Part shown: positions 1 to 9,116 of the stretch, piece by piece
Numbering within the stretch: the first letter of the stretch is position 1
Layout: each line of letters opens with the position of its first letter
Translations under genes and position numbers: made by a program
Notes under the pieces: generated by a model
Told to the model about the DNA's origin: nothing
Seen by the model: the letters and a program-made list of their open reading frames with translations, nothing else
Database searches by the model: none
NCBI GenBank assembly: GCA_046351515.1
Contig: JAXLYJ010000005.1
Coordinates: 306,892-370,891 of the forward strand
DNA: 64,000 nucleotides
From: Polyangiales bacterium
GTDB lineage: Bacteria; Myxococcota_A; Polyangia; Polyangiales; Ga0077539
Direction of reading: 5' to 3'

Positions 1-12
1 TCGCGCGCGCAC

Positions 13-870
13 TCACCGCGCCAGACAGCCGCCCTCTCGCGCCGTGCGCTCGATCTCGCTGAACACCGCTTGCCGCATCTCGTCCGGGATCGAGTGACCG
101 ACGCCCGCAAACGACCGCAGCGTCGCGTCCATGCCTTGTCGCGCGAGCGCGTCGATCGTCGTGCGCGCGCCGATAATCGGCATCCGCTCGTCGGCCTCGC
201 CGTGAAACGCTCGCACCGTCGGTCGCATGCCCGCCGCCCGCGTCACGCCGCGGTTCTCGAGCGGCAGCCGCCCGCCGATCGGCATCACGAGCCTGACGTC
301 CAAGTTGCCGCGCGCCGCGATCGCGAACGAGACCATCCCGCCCTGCGAAAAGCCGAGGACGATCGGCTTTCCGCAGCGGCCTGCGTCGAGCTTGCTCCGC
401 ACGCGCGTGGCGATGGTCGTCGCGGCGCGGTCGATGGCACGCGCGACGGACTCTTCGCTTCCGCCGGGAAGCCACCACGCAAACCCGTTGCCGAACGACT
501 CGGTCCCGCGCATCGCGAGCACTCGCGCAGAGACCGGCGTCGCGCGCAGCCAGTTCACGAAGCTCTCGGGCGTGTCGCCGAGCCCGTGGATCGCGATGAT
601 CACCACGCGCCCCGCCGGCCCCGGATCGGGCCCGACGAGCACTTCGACGTACTCGGACTGCCCTGGCGCAGTCGGAGCGCTTGGCGCAGCGGGTTGCGGT
701 TGCGGCTGCGGTTGCGGTTGTGCGACCGGTCGCGCCGACGGCGCGGGCGTAGGTTGTGCGCTGCTCGGGCTGCGATGCTCAGCGCTGTTAGCGGGCGCTG
801 GATCGCGACACGAGACCAGTGCGACGAGAGAGAGGACAGCGATACGCGCGCTCACGGTGCGCGCATTCAA
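13..870 (-). CDS. Secreted phospholipase/carboxylesterase-family alpha/beta hydrolase (lipoprotein-like signal, (PQ)n linker)
   Basis: 285-aa ORF. N-terminal signal with Cys (LVALVSC). GFSQGG nucleophile-elbow motif and HGxxD, typical of the PLCE/carboxylesterase fold. PQPQPQPQP low-complexity linker. Confidence 0.7.
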   Translation of the reverse strand: MNARTVSARIAVLSLVALVSCRDPAPANSAEHRSPSSAQPTPAPSARPVAQPQPQPQPQPAAPSAPTAPGQSEYVEVLVGPDPGPAGRVVIIAIHGLGDTPESFVNWLRATPVSARVLAMRGTESFGNGFAWWLPGGSEESVARAIDRAATTIATRVRSKLDAGRCGKPIVLGFSQGGMVSFAIAARGNLDVRLVMPIGGRLPLENRGVTRAAGMRPTVRAFHGEADERMPIIGARTTIDALARQGMDATLRSFAGVGHSIPDEMRQAVFSEIERTAREGGCLAR

Positions 871-932
871 GCACAGGCCTCGCCCCGACGGAGCGCCGTT
901 CGACGCACCACCGATCGCGCGCTTGTGCCACG

Positions 933-2564
933 ATGAAGCGATCGCTCATGGCTCGTGTTCGCATCCCTGAAACACCGACGCCGCCCGCGTCGACGCGCGC
1001 TGCATCGAGCCCGCCGCGGCTCAAGTCCGCGGTTCGACCGCGCGTCGTGCGGTCCGGGGCTTCGGCGATCGCAGCGCTGTGCTCGCTCGTCGCTGCATGC
1101 GTAGGACGAATCAGCGATCCGTCCATGGACGCGAGCGCAGATCGAGCCCTGACCGACGCGGTCGTCGACCGCTCGATCGATCGCAGCCTCGGGGACGGGA
1201 CGATCGGCGATGTGGCGGCGGACGTTGGAGAGTGCGGCGCGAGCGGCGCGCGTTGCGAGGGCCGCTGCGTCACGCTCGCGGACGACGTGAACAACTGCGG
1301 CGAGTGCGGGCGCGTCTGCGCGGTTCCTCGCGCGACCGCGCGGTGCACGAACGGAGCGTGTCGTGTTGCGACGTGCGAGACGGGCTTCGGAGACTGCAAC
1401 CTCGACCCGACGGACGGCTGCGAATCGTGGCTCGGATCCACGGTCAACTGCGGGCGATGCGGTAACGTGTGTGACGTCGCGAGGCCGTTCTGCGACGAGG
1501 CGCAGCGCGTGTGCAGCACGGGTTGCGACGTTGGGCTCGCGCGTTGCGGCGCGCTCTGCGTCGACACCCGCGCGAGCGTCGAGCACTGCGGAGGTTGCTC
1601 GCGCGCGTGCTCGTTCGCCAACGCGACGGCGCGGTGCGACGCGGGCCGCTGCGCGCTCGCCGCGTGCAATCCGGGCTTCGCAGACTGCGACGCAAACGCC
1701 TCCAACGGCTGCGAAACCGCCCTGGGAACGCCCACCAACTGCGCGCGTTGCGGCGACCGCTGCGACGCCACGACGCCCGTGTGCGACCTCGTCGCGCGAA
1801 GCTGCACCAACGGCTGCTCTGCGCCGACCACCCGCTGCGGCGGGCTGTGCGTGGACCGCGCGAGCTCCATCGATCACTGCGGCGCGTGCGACAACCGCTG
1901 TCTCTATCTCAACGCAACGGCGCGCTGCTCGAGCGGGACGTGCTCGATGGACGCTTGCCTCGTCGGCTACTCGGACTGCGATCGCAGCGCGGCCAACGGC
2001 TGCGAGGTCGAGACCGCGCGCTCGCTCTCCAACTGCGGCCGCTGCGGACAGCTGTGCGCGCCGGCCAACGCCGTCGCCGTGTGCTCGAGCGGACTGTGCG
2101 CGTACTCCTCGTGCAACGCGGGCTTCGCCGACTGCGATCGCAACGTGGCCAACGGCTGCGAGACCTCGCTCTCGACCAGCGCAACCCACTGCGGCGCCTG
2201 CGGCAACACGTGCAGCCCCATCAACGCGACCGCGCGCTGCGTCGGCGGAGCGTGCTCGTACAGCGCCTGCAACGCGGGCTTCGGAGACTGCGATCGCAAC
2301 GCCGCCAACGGCTGCGAGACCTCGATCGCCTCGTCGCTCACGCACTGCGGCGCCTGCGGACGCCCGTGCGTCGTGCCCCACGCGATCGCGCAGTGCGCCG
2401 GGGGGCGCTGCGACTACCGAGAGTGCCTTGCGCCGTACGCAGACTGCGATGGTGACCGCTCGAACGGCTGCGAGACGGACACCACGTCCTCTGCGCAGCA
2501 CTGCGGAGCGTGTGGCACACCGTGCGCCGCGCCTCGCTCGTGCCTCGCTGGAATCTGCCGTTGA
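933..2564 (+). CDS. Secreted cysteine-rich tandem-repeat protein (about 48-aa 8-Cys modules, HCGxCGxxC...GFxDCDxNxxNGCE)
   Basis: ORF 819..2564. The first ATG (933, MKRSLMARV) precedes a hydrophobic lipobox-like segment (SLVAACVG). It contains at least 10 tandem modules with invariant Cys spacing and recurring CGxCG, NATARC and NGCE(T) motifs. Confidence 0.65.
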   Translation: MKRSLMARVRIPETPTPPASTRAASSPPRLKSAVRPRVVRSGASAIAALCSLVAACVGRISDPSMDASADRALTDAVVDRSIDRSLGDGTIGDVAADVGECGASGARCEGRCVTLADDVNNCGECGRVCAVPRATARCTNGACRVATCETGFGDCNLDPTDGCESWLGSTVNCGRCGNVCDVARPFCDEAQRVCSTGCDVGLARCGALCVDTRASVEHCGGCSRACSFANATARCDAGRCALAACNPGFADCDANASNGCETALGTPTNCARCGDRCDATTPVCDLVARSCTNGCSAPTTRCGGLCVDRASSIDHCGACDNRCLYLNATARCSSGTCSMDACLVGYSDCDRSAANGCEVETARSLSNCGRCGQLCAPANAVAVCSSGLCAYSSCNAGFADCDRNVANGCETSLSTSATHCGACGNTCSPINATARCVGGACSYSACNAGFGDCDRNAANGCETSIASSLTHCGACGRPCVVPHAIAQCAGGRCDYRECLAPYADCDGDRSNGCETDTTSSAQHCGACGTPCAAPRSCLAGICR

Positions 2565-2631
2565 TTCGGCGTTCAACGCGCGGCGCGCGTTGAGCCCGCC
2601 GCGCGCGATCGGTATCGTTCGGGACGCTGAG

Positions 2632-4446
2632 ATGTCTTTTCTCGTTCGAGCATCGTCGCGCGGGTTCGCGGGCGCTTCGCGTCGCGCGTCGCTGCGGTCG
2701 GTCGCCTCGGCGGCGCTCTTCGCGCTCGCCCACTGCGCGCTTCCTCACGCGGCCTTTCGCACAGACGCCGAGGTCTCGGACGGGACGCTCGCCGACGGAC
2801 CGTGCGGAGCCGGCTTCGTTCGTTGTGGAACGCAGTGCGTCTCGATCAACGTCGACCCGTCGAACTGCGGCGCGTGCGGCAACGGCTGCTCCGTCGCCAA
2901 CGCCGTCGCTCGATGCACCGGCGGAGCGTGCGGCGTCGAGCGCTGCCTCGACGGCTTCGGCGACTGCGACAACAACGCCGCCAACGGCTGCGAGACGCGG
3001 CTCGACTCGACCGATCACTGCGGCGCGTGCGGGCGTCGCTGCGACGGGAGCACGCCCAACTGCGACGCGCTCACCCGCGCGTGCGTGACGGGCTGCTCGC
3101 CGCAGCAAACACGGTGTCAGGGCGCGTGCGTCAACCTCCTCAGCGACCCATCCAACTGCGGCAGTTGCAGCAACGCGTGCTCGCTGCCCAACGCGACCGC
3201 GGGATGCTCTGCGGGCGCGTGCGTGATCGCCTCGTGCCTCGACGGATTCGCGGACTGTGACGGAAACGCGGCCAACGGCTGCGAGGTCACGCTCGGCACC
3301 GCGTCCAACTGCACGCGCTGCGGCGACGCATGCAGCGGATCGACGCCGGTGTGCGGCGGTCGCGCCGCGGGATGCGCCAGCGGATGCACGGGCAGCACCG
3401 TGCGCTGCGCAATGGACTGCGTCGACGTCACCACGAGCAGCGCCCACTGCGGTCGCTGCAACAACGCGTGCGTCCTGCCCAACGCCACCTCCTCGCGCTG
3501 CGAAGGCGCCGTTTGCCGTCCGACCACGTGCGCCGCCGGCTTCGGTGACTGCGACGGCAATCCGCTGAACGGCTGCGAGACGGACCTGCGCACCTCGACG
3601 ACCCACTGCGGAGCCTGCGGCGCGGGCTGCGCGCCGCCCAACGCGACCGCGCGATGCTCGATGGGCATGTGCTCGTTCTCGAGCTGCAACGCAGGCTTCG
3701 CCGACTGCGATCGCATCGTCTCCAACGGCTGCGAGACCAACACGAACACGAGCATCACCCACTGCGGCGCGTGCAACGCGGCGTGCACTCCCTCCAACGC
3801 GACCGCCGTTTGCTCTGGCGGATCGTGCGGGTACGGCGTCTGTTCGGCCGGCTTCGCCAACTGCGACGGCGTCGCGCGCAACGGGTGCGAGGTCGACACA
3901 CGCATCTCGCTCACCAACTGCGGGGCCTGCCGCGTCGATTGCCGACGCCCTCACGCGAGCACCACCTGCGAGAGCTCAGCGTGCGTGCTCGGCGCCTGTG
4001 ATCCCGGCTTCGGCAACTGCAACATGATCGCAGCGGACGGCTGCGAGGCGGACTTCGCGACCAGCGTGCTGCACTGCGGAGGCTGCGGCAACGCGTGCCT
4101 CAGCCGGCCCAACTCGACGCCCCTTTGCGCTTCTGCAGCGTGTACGTTTCGGTGCGTCGCGGGCACCGGCGACTGCAACGCGATGCCCGCGGATGGCTGC
4201 GAATCGTTGCTCAACGACCTCGGCAACTGCGGCGCCTGCGGACGGACGTGCGCGTTGGCCAACGCGACCGCTTCGTGCTCGACCAAGGCGTGCTTGATCG
4301 TGAGCTGCGACCCAGGCTTCGCCGACTGCAACGGCCGCCCCGCGGACGGCTGCGAGACGCCGCTCGGCACCGCGATGCACTGTCTTTCGTGCGGCAACGC
4401 GTGCACCGCCGCACAGACGTGCACGAGCGCCGGCTGCCGCCCCTGA
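2632..4446 (+). CDS. Secreted cysteine-rich tandem-repeat protein, paralog of 933..2564
   Basis: In-frame ATG at 2632 (MSFLVRASS...) inside the 1363..4446 ORF, whose upstream part is a frame artifact. Signal-like N-terminus (AALFALAHCALP). About 12 repeats of the same 8-Cys module (NCGACG...NGCE). Confidence 0.65.
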   Translation: MSFLVRASSRGFAGASRRASLRSVASAALFALAHCALPHAAFRTDAEVSDGTLADGPCGAGFVRCGTQCVSINVDPSNCGACGNGCSVANAVARCTGGACGVERCLDGFGDCDNNAANGCETRLDSTDHCGACGRRCDGSTPNCDALTRACVTGCSPQQTRCQGACVNLLSDPSNCGSCSNACSLPNATAGCSAGACVIASCLDGFADCDGNAANGCEVTLGTASNCTRCGDACSGSTPVCGGRAAGCASGCTGSTVRCAMDCVDVTTSSAHCGRCNNACVLPNATSSRCEGAVCRPTTCAAGFGDCDGNPLNGCETDLRTSTTHCGACGAGCAPPNATARCSMGMCSFSSCNAGFADCDRIVSNGCETNTNTSITHCGACNAACTPSNATAVCSGGSCGYGVCSAGFANCDGVARNGCEVDTRISLTNCGACRVDCRRPHASTTCESSACVLGACDPGFGNCNMIAADGCEADFATSVLHCGGCGNACLSRPNSTPLCASAACTFRCVAGTGDCNAMPADGCESLLNDLGNCGACGRTCALANATASCSTKACLIVSCDPGFADCNGRPADGCETPLGTAMHCLSCGNACTAAQTCTSAGCRP

Positions 4447-4500
4447 GGGGGGAAGACGTCCACTCCCGCGCGACGCGGATTTCCGCTATACGCACGGCGC

Positions 4501-5385
4501 ATGAGCGACGACAAATCGCCGGTGGTTTCTGCGTTCGCCGAGCTGCGCGAGTTCTTCACGCTGCGTGACGCCGAGGGGGCCGCGCGCTCGCTCGGCGAAG
4601 AGCACGCCGCCGCGAGCCGCGCGCTGCGCGTGGCCGCGCAACGGGTCCGCGCCGCGCAGAGCCTCGCGCAATCGGGGCAACGAGCGGAGGCCGAGCGCGT
4701 TCTTCGCGAGTCCATCGCCTCCCTCGACGCCGCGCGCGAACGTTGGCCGGCCATCGCGCCGCTGGTCGGCGAGCTTCCTGCGATCGAGCCCGGCGAAGAA
4801 GCCCTCGATGAAGAGATGGACGACGCCCGCGTCGAGGCGTTGGAGCGCGCCCTCGGCCAGGCGTCGCGCGCGGTCGCGAAGATCGACGGCGTCGTGGCGG
4901 ACAAGCGGGGGCGGTTGGCGGCGCGCGCGCGGCGCAACGGCGTCGTGGCCGCGGCGCTCGTCGTGGCCATCGGCGGCGCCTGGCGGCAGGCGCGGGTCGT
5001 CAAGCTCACGCCGCGCGCCTCGGCGACGTTCGGTGCGCAGTACCTGCCGGCCAACGCCACGGACGGATACATCGCGACGAACTGGCTCCTTCCCGACGGA
5101 ATGACGGGCTGGCTCGAGGTCTCCTTCGACCGCCGGCGAGTCTCGACGCTCGAGATGACCAACGTGCAGAACCTCTCGCACTACGGAGCCGCTGAGACCA
5201 CAGTCGAGTTCTACGCGGGCGAGCGAATGCTGCGATCGATGGAGGTCTCGATGCGCTCGACGGTGAACACGGCGATGCCAGCGAAGGTCAACGTTCCTGT
5301 GCGCGACCCGATCGACCGCATTCGCATCCACGTGCGAACGTTTCACGACCTCGGCGGAGGCTTGAGCGAGGTGGTCGTTCGATGA
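4501..5385 (+). CDS. Hypothetical membrane-anchored protein with C-terminal discoidin (F5/8 type C)-like domain
   Basis: 294 aa. Coiled-coil-like N-terminus, one TM segment (VVAAALVVAIGGAW). C-terminal GWLEVSF...V..L motif resembles galactose-binding-like domains. Its stop overlaps the next start (ATGA). Confidence 0.5.
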   Translation: MSDDKSPVVSAFAELREFFTLRDAEGAARSLGEEHAAASRALRVAAQRVRAAQSLAQSGQRAEAERVLRESIASLDAARERWPAIAPLVGELPAIEPGEEALDEEMDDARVEALERALGQASRAVAKIDGVVADKRGRLAARARRNGVVAAALVVAIGGAWRQARVVKLTPRASATFGAQYLPANATDGYIATNWLLPDGMTGWLEVSFDRRRVSTLEMTNVQNLSHYGAAETTVEFYAGERMLRSMEVSMRSTVNTAMPAKVNVPVRDPIDRIRIHVRTFHDLGGGLSEVVVR

Positions 5386-5912
5386 CCTCGGTGTTCTCCA
5401 AGCGAGGGCTCGCTTCGGTGCTCGCGGCGCTCGCGGCGCGGGTGCAGAAGCTCGCTCCCGAGCCGAGCGTGCCGCGCAGCGCGCTCGCGCTGGTCTTGAT
5501 TGTGTGCGCAAATATCATCGGAGTGGCGGCGCTCTACCGCACGAGCAAGCGGATCTTCTCGCCGATGCTGCACGAGCCCGAGCCGTCGCCCATCCCTCAG
5601 CGCACCTCGATGGAGCGCTTCGGAATGACCGAGACCGTGCGTCGCGAGGTGTTTCGCGAGCTCGCCGACGCTGAGATCAACGAGCGTCGCCGCGCGATCA
5701 CGATGAACACCTGGGGAGGGCACGCGTGGTCGCGCGAGGACGACCTCGGCTACGTCCAGCGCGCGCGGGCGAGGGAGGTGGCCGCTCGCTATCACCTCTC
5801 GTTGACGCAGATGTACCTCGTGCTCGACGAGGGGATTCGCAATCGATGGCCGGGCCCGGATGGACAGCCGTTGCGAGCGACGAGCGAGCCCATTTCGTTG
5901 AGGAGCGAGTGA
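5382..5912 (+). CDS. Hypothetical protein (one TM segment), translationally coupled
   Basis: 176-aa ORF. ATGA overlap with the upstream gene and TGATG overlap with the downstream gene. No recognisable motifs. Confidence 0.45.
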   Translation: MTSVFSKRGLASVLAALAARVQKLAPEPSVPRSALALVLIVCANIIGVAALYRTSKRIFSPMLHEPEPSPIPQRTSMERFGMTETVRREVFRELADAEINERRRAITMNTWGGHAWSREDDLGYVQRARAREVAARYHLSLTQMYLVLDEGIRNRWPGPDGQPLRATSEPISLRSE

Positions 5913-7771
5913 TGGCAGCGACCAAGAACGTCGTCGCGGACGAGCTCTCGGTCCACCGCGTCGCGCCCGAAGGTGGGCGGTGGACGGACTGGCTCTTCGC
6001 CGTGGTGTGGGTGCGGCTCGCGGTGTTTCTCGCGGTGCTCCACGAGGTGGTCCCGTGGCTCTTTCAAAACTCGCGCAACCTGCTCGAGTACATGGACGAC
6101 CACCAGTTTTACAGCTGGGAGATCGCCAACAAGATCACCGTCCTTCGCTACCACCAGCTCCCCGCGTGGAACCCGTACTGGTGCGGCGGCACGCTCGGCG
6201 TCGCGGCGCCCGAAGACATCTTCTTCGCGCCCGACAACCTGCTTCGGTTGTTTCTCGACGTCGGCATCGCGCGGCACCTCTCGGTGATCCTGGGCATGGT
6301 GCTCGCGGCCGAAGGGACGTTTCGCCTCTCCCGTGCCGCGGGCTCGTCGGGGTTCGCGTCGATGTGCGCGGCGTTCGTGTACGCGATCAACACGATCTTT
6401 CCGCTGTGGATCTCGAACGGGTTCTTCAACTTCATCGTCGGCTTCGGGCTCATGCCGTGGGTCGGCTGGTGCTTGATCATCGGCGTCGAGAAGCCCGCGT
6501 ATCGCCTGCTCGGCGGGTTCTTCATGGCGTGGATCTTCTTGAGCGCCGGGACGTATCCGGCGCCGTACACGCTCATGCTCGTCGGCGTTCTCACCGCCTC
6601 GCTCTCCGTCGCGTACGCGGGAAAGGGGCCCGGCCAGTGGCGACGACCGTTCGAGAGCGCGATCGTGCTCGGCCTGGTGTTCGCGCTGCTCGCGGCGGCG
6701 AAGTTCGTCCCGCTGATGCTCTTTCTCAAGCAGTTCAGCCGCACGTGGAACCCGATCGAGTCGTTCTCCGCGCAGACGATCCTCGCGAATTTCACCGTCC
6801 TGCACGCGCCCGTCCTCGTGCTCGCGGGGCTCGCGCCGCTCACCCGTGATCGTTGGGCGGTGATCTTCACCATCGCGATCGGCGTATTCTTCGTGATGGC
6901 GATGGGCGACTTCGACCCGGTCGCGCCGTATCACTTGATCAAACAAGTCCCGCTCTTCAAGCAGCTGCGCTCGCCCGAGCGGCACGTGATCTTGGTGTTC
7001 TTGTTCGTCGCGCTGAGCGCCGCGCGCACGATCACCGCGATCGAAGACTGGATCCCGCGGTTTCTCTCTTCGATCGTCGCTCGCAAGCCGCTCGAAGAGC
7101 TGCCCGCTCCGCTTCGCTTGTCCTTCGTCGCCGCGGGGACGCTCGCCGTCGCGCTCGCGTTCGGCCCGAAGTTCGTCGACCTCGTGAAGAGCTGCGGTCC
7201 CACGTACGCGACCGTGCTCTACACCTTCGAGCCGCCGCGTCGCTTCGAGCAGGACTTTCGACAGCACCGCGGAAACCGCCGGGACGGCCACGTCTTTCCC
7301 GCGATGAACATGGGCTCGATCTACTGCATCACCGGCATCCCCGTGCCCGAGTCCCCAGCGCTGCGCGCAGACCTCGCGCAAGAAGAGTTCGCGCTAGATC
7401 CGACCAGCGCCACGGTCCGGCGGCTCTCGTGGTCGCCCAACGAGATCGTCCTCGACGTCAACGCCTCGCGCCGCGCTCGCGTGATCGTCAACCAGAACCA
7501 CCATCACCATTGGCGCAGCAGCGTCGGGACCGTCGTCTCGCACGAGCGACTGCTCGCCGTGGATGTTCCGCCGGGACACCACCGGTTGGTCCTTCGCTTC
7601 GTCGACCGCGCGCTGCAGCTCTCGGTCACCGTGTCCGTGCTGACCTTGCTCGCGCTGATCGCCTTCGCGAGCTACGCGACCGCGCGCTGGGCGAGGGCGT
7701 GGATCACCGCGCTGCGCGGCGCGCTCTTCTCCGCACCCAAACCCACGAACAACGAGGAGCCCGGCGCGTGA
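5912..7771 (+). CDS. Polytopic integral membrane protein (YfhO/GT-C-like putative glycosyltransferase, 10 or more TM segments plus periplasmic C-domain)
   Basis: Internal ATG at 5912 (MAATKNVV) in ORF 5726..7771. Many hydrophobic helices with W, F and Y-rich loops. C-terminal soluble domain, then a final TM segment. Architecture resembles YfhO and ArnT families. Confidence 0.55.
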   Translation: MAATKNVVADELSVHRVAPEGGRWTDWLFAVVWVRLAVFLAVLHEVVPWLFQNSRNLLEYMDDHQFYSWEIANKITVLRYHQLPAWNPYWCGGTLGVAAPEDIFFAPDNLLRLFLDVGIARHLSVILGMVLAAEGTFRLSRAAGSSGFASMCAAFVYAINTIFPLWISNGFFNFIVGFGLMPWVGWCLIIGVEKPAYRLLGGFFMAWIFLSAGTYPAPYTLMLVGVLTASLSVAYAGKGPGQWRRPFESAIVLGLVFALLAAAKFVPLMLFLKQFSRTWNPIESFSAQTILANFTVLHAPVLVLAGLAPLTRDRWAVIFTIAIGVFFVMAMGDFDPVAPYHLIKQVPLFKQLRSPERHVILVFLFVALSAARTITAIEDWIPRFLSSIVARKPLEELPAPLRLSFVAAGTLAVALAFGPKFVDLVKSCGPTYATVLYTFEPPRRFEQDFRQHRGNRRDGHVFPAMNMGSIYCITGIPVPESPALRADLAQEEFALDPTSATVRRLSWSPNEIVLDVNASRRARVIVNQNHHHHWRSSVGTVVSHERLLAVDVPPGHHRLVLRFVDRALQLSVTVSVLTLLALIAFASYATARWARAWITALRGALFSAPKPTNNEEPGA

Positions 7772-8229
7772 GCGACCACCCCTTTCGGTGCCTGTTTCGC
7801 GTGCGGTTCGCCGAGGTCGACGCGCAGCGAATCGTCTTCAACTCGCGCTACGGCGAGTACACCGACCTCGTCGCTGGCGAGCTGTTCTGCGCGATGTTCT
7901 CGGTCTCATCCGCGCGAGACACGATCGACACGCGGCTGGTGAAGCAGACCACGCAGTGGCGTCGACCTGCGCGCTTCGACGACGTGCTCGAGGCGCGCGC
8001 GTGGCCGAGCCACATCGGCACAAGCTCGTTCACGATTCGCACTGAGTTTCGTCGCGAAGGCGAAGAACAGCTGCTCGTCGAGGTCGAGACCGTGTACGTC
8101 GCGATCGACTCCGAAGGCATCGGCTCGCGGCCGCTCAGCGAGCACGAGCGCGCGTGCATTCACGGGGGAGCGCGCGGAGTCGTCGTCGACCTCTCGGGCC
8201 CGCGACGAAGCGCCCTCGTCGAGCGCTGA
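7768..8229 (+). CDS. Acyl-CoA thioesterase, 4HBT/hotdog fold (YbgC/FadM-like)
   Basis: GTG at 7768 overlaps the upstream stop (GTGA). Protein FRCLFRVRFAEVDAQRIVFNSRY...TVYVAID is the classic 4HBT motif (RVxxxDxD...vfn). Confidence 0.7.
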   Translation: MSDHPFRCLFRVRFAEVDAQRIVFNSRYGEYTDLVAGELFCAMFSVSSARDTIDTRLVKQTTQWRRPARFDDVLEARAWPSHIGTSSFTIRTEFRREGEEQLLVEVETVYVAIDSEGIGSRPLSEHERACIHGGARGVVVDLSGPRRSALVER

Positions 8230-8278
8230 CCGTGGCCACGAGCTTCGGGATGCTCGTCGTGTCGCGTGCGCTCGAGGC

Positions 8279-8758
8279 TCAGAGCAGCGCGGCGATGTCC
8301 TTCTCGATGGCCTCGGGCGTGTCGTTCGGCCCGTAGCGACGAACGATCTTGCCGCTGCGGTCGATCAAGAACTTCGTGAAGTTCCACTTGATCGACTCGG
8401 TGCCGAGCAGGCCGGGCGCCTCGTGCTTGAGGTATTGGTACAGCGGCGCCGCGGTAGGACCGTTGACGTCGATCTTCGAGAACATCTTGAACGAGACGCC
8501 GTAGTTGCGCTCGCAGAACGTCGCGATCTCGTCCGCGCCGCCCGGCTCCTGCTGCCCGAACTGATTGCAAGGAAAGCCCAGGATCTCGAGCCCCTTGTCG
8601 TTCAGCTTCTTGTGCAGCGCCTCGAGGCCCTTGTACTGCGGCGTGAACCCGCACTTGCTCGCGGTGTTCACCACGAGCAGGACCTTGCCTTCGAACTGCT
8701 TGAAATCAACGGGGCGACCGGTCAGGTCGTCCATCGTGAACTCGTGAATCTTCGCCAT
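8279..8758 (-). CDS. gpx: Glutathione peroxidase
   Basis: 159 aa. Motifs VVNTASKCGFTPQY and LGFPCNQFGQQEPG, with WNFTKFLIDRSGKIV, are diagnostic Gpx/BsaA signatures. Confidence 0.9.
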   Translation of the reverse strand: MAKIHEFTMDDLTGRPVDFKQFEGKVLLVVNTASKCGFTPQYKGLEALHKKLNDKGLEILGFPCNQFGQQEPGGADEIATFCERNYGVSFKMFSKIDVNGPTAAPLYQYLKHEAPGLLGTESIKWNFTKFLIDRSGKIVRRYGPNDTPEAIEKDIAALL

Positions 8759-8818
8759 GTGCGCGCCCGTACGCTCGCGCGGGGCAAGAAGTTTCGCCAG
8801 TCCCCCGAAGCGGTGATT

Positions 8819-9052
8819 TTAGCCGGACTTCTTGCGCGCTTTTTCGAGCAGCTCGCGGACGAGATCCGAGCGCGTAAACGCGGTCCCTTCATCGTCCTTC
8901 GCGCTGGTCTGCTTCTTCGCCTGCGCGTCGAGCCACTTCACCAGCGCCGAGGGAAGCGTCACGTGAACGCGCATCGGAGCGTCGATCTTGGCGGGTCGGC
9001 CAGCGCCCGGACGAGCGCCGCCATGCTTCTTCTTGGGAGTCTTGGCCTTCAT
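8819..9052 (-). CDS. Small basic DNA-binding protein, ribbon-helix-helix (CopG-like) with AT-hook-like GRP motif
   Basis: ORF 8819..9091. Likely start MKAKTPKKK. RPGAGRPAK (AT-hook-like), then RVHVTLPSALVKWLDAQA...SRSDLVRELLEKA, which is RHH-like. Confidence 0.4.
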   Translation of the reverse strand: MKAKTPKKKHGGARPGAGRPAKIDAPMRVHVTLPSALVKWLDAQAKKQTSAKDDEGTAFTRSDLVRELLEKARKKSG

Positions 9053-9116
9053 GCAGCGCACGATTGTGGCCGCTTTGGTTGATTGATGCACACGAAATCG
9101 CTGCGCGCTCCGGCGC

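Noticed and set aside
1363-2631. 5' extension of the 1027-aa ORF upstream of the 2632 ATG
   Set aside because: It overlaps the first Cys-rich gene out of frame. The translated sequence is low-complexity Arg/Ala/Thr. A signal-peptide-like start occurs at 2632.
867-4380. Multiple long ORFs (867..2576 minus, 2338..3954 minus, 1511..2455 plus, 3117..3917 minus) inside the Cys-rich repeat genes
   Set aside because: These are alternative frames or antisense of the repeat genes, Arg/Ala/Pro-rich, with no motifs. The sense frame has perfectly periodic Cys spacing.
5792-7381. 529-aa minus-strand ORF opposite the polytopic membrane protein gene
   Set aside because: Arg/Glu/Asp-rich antisense translation of a hydrophobic coding sequence. 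The plus frame gives coherent TM helices.
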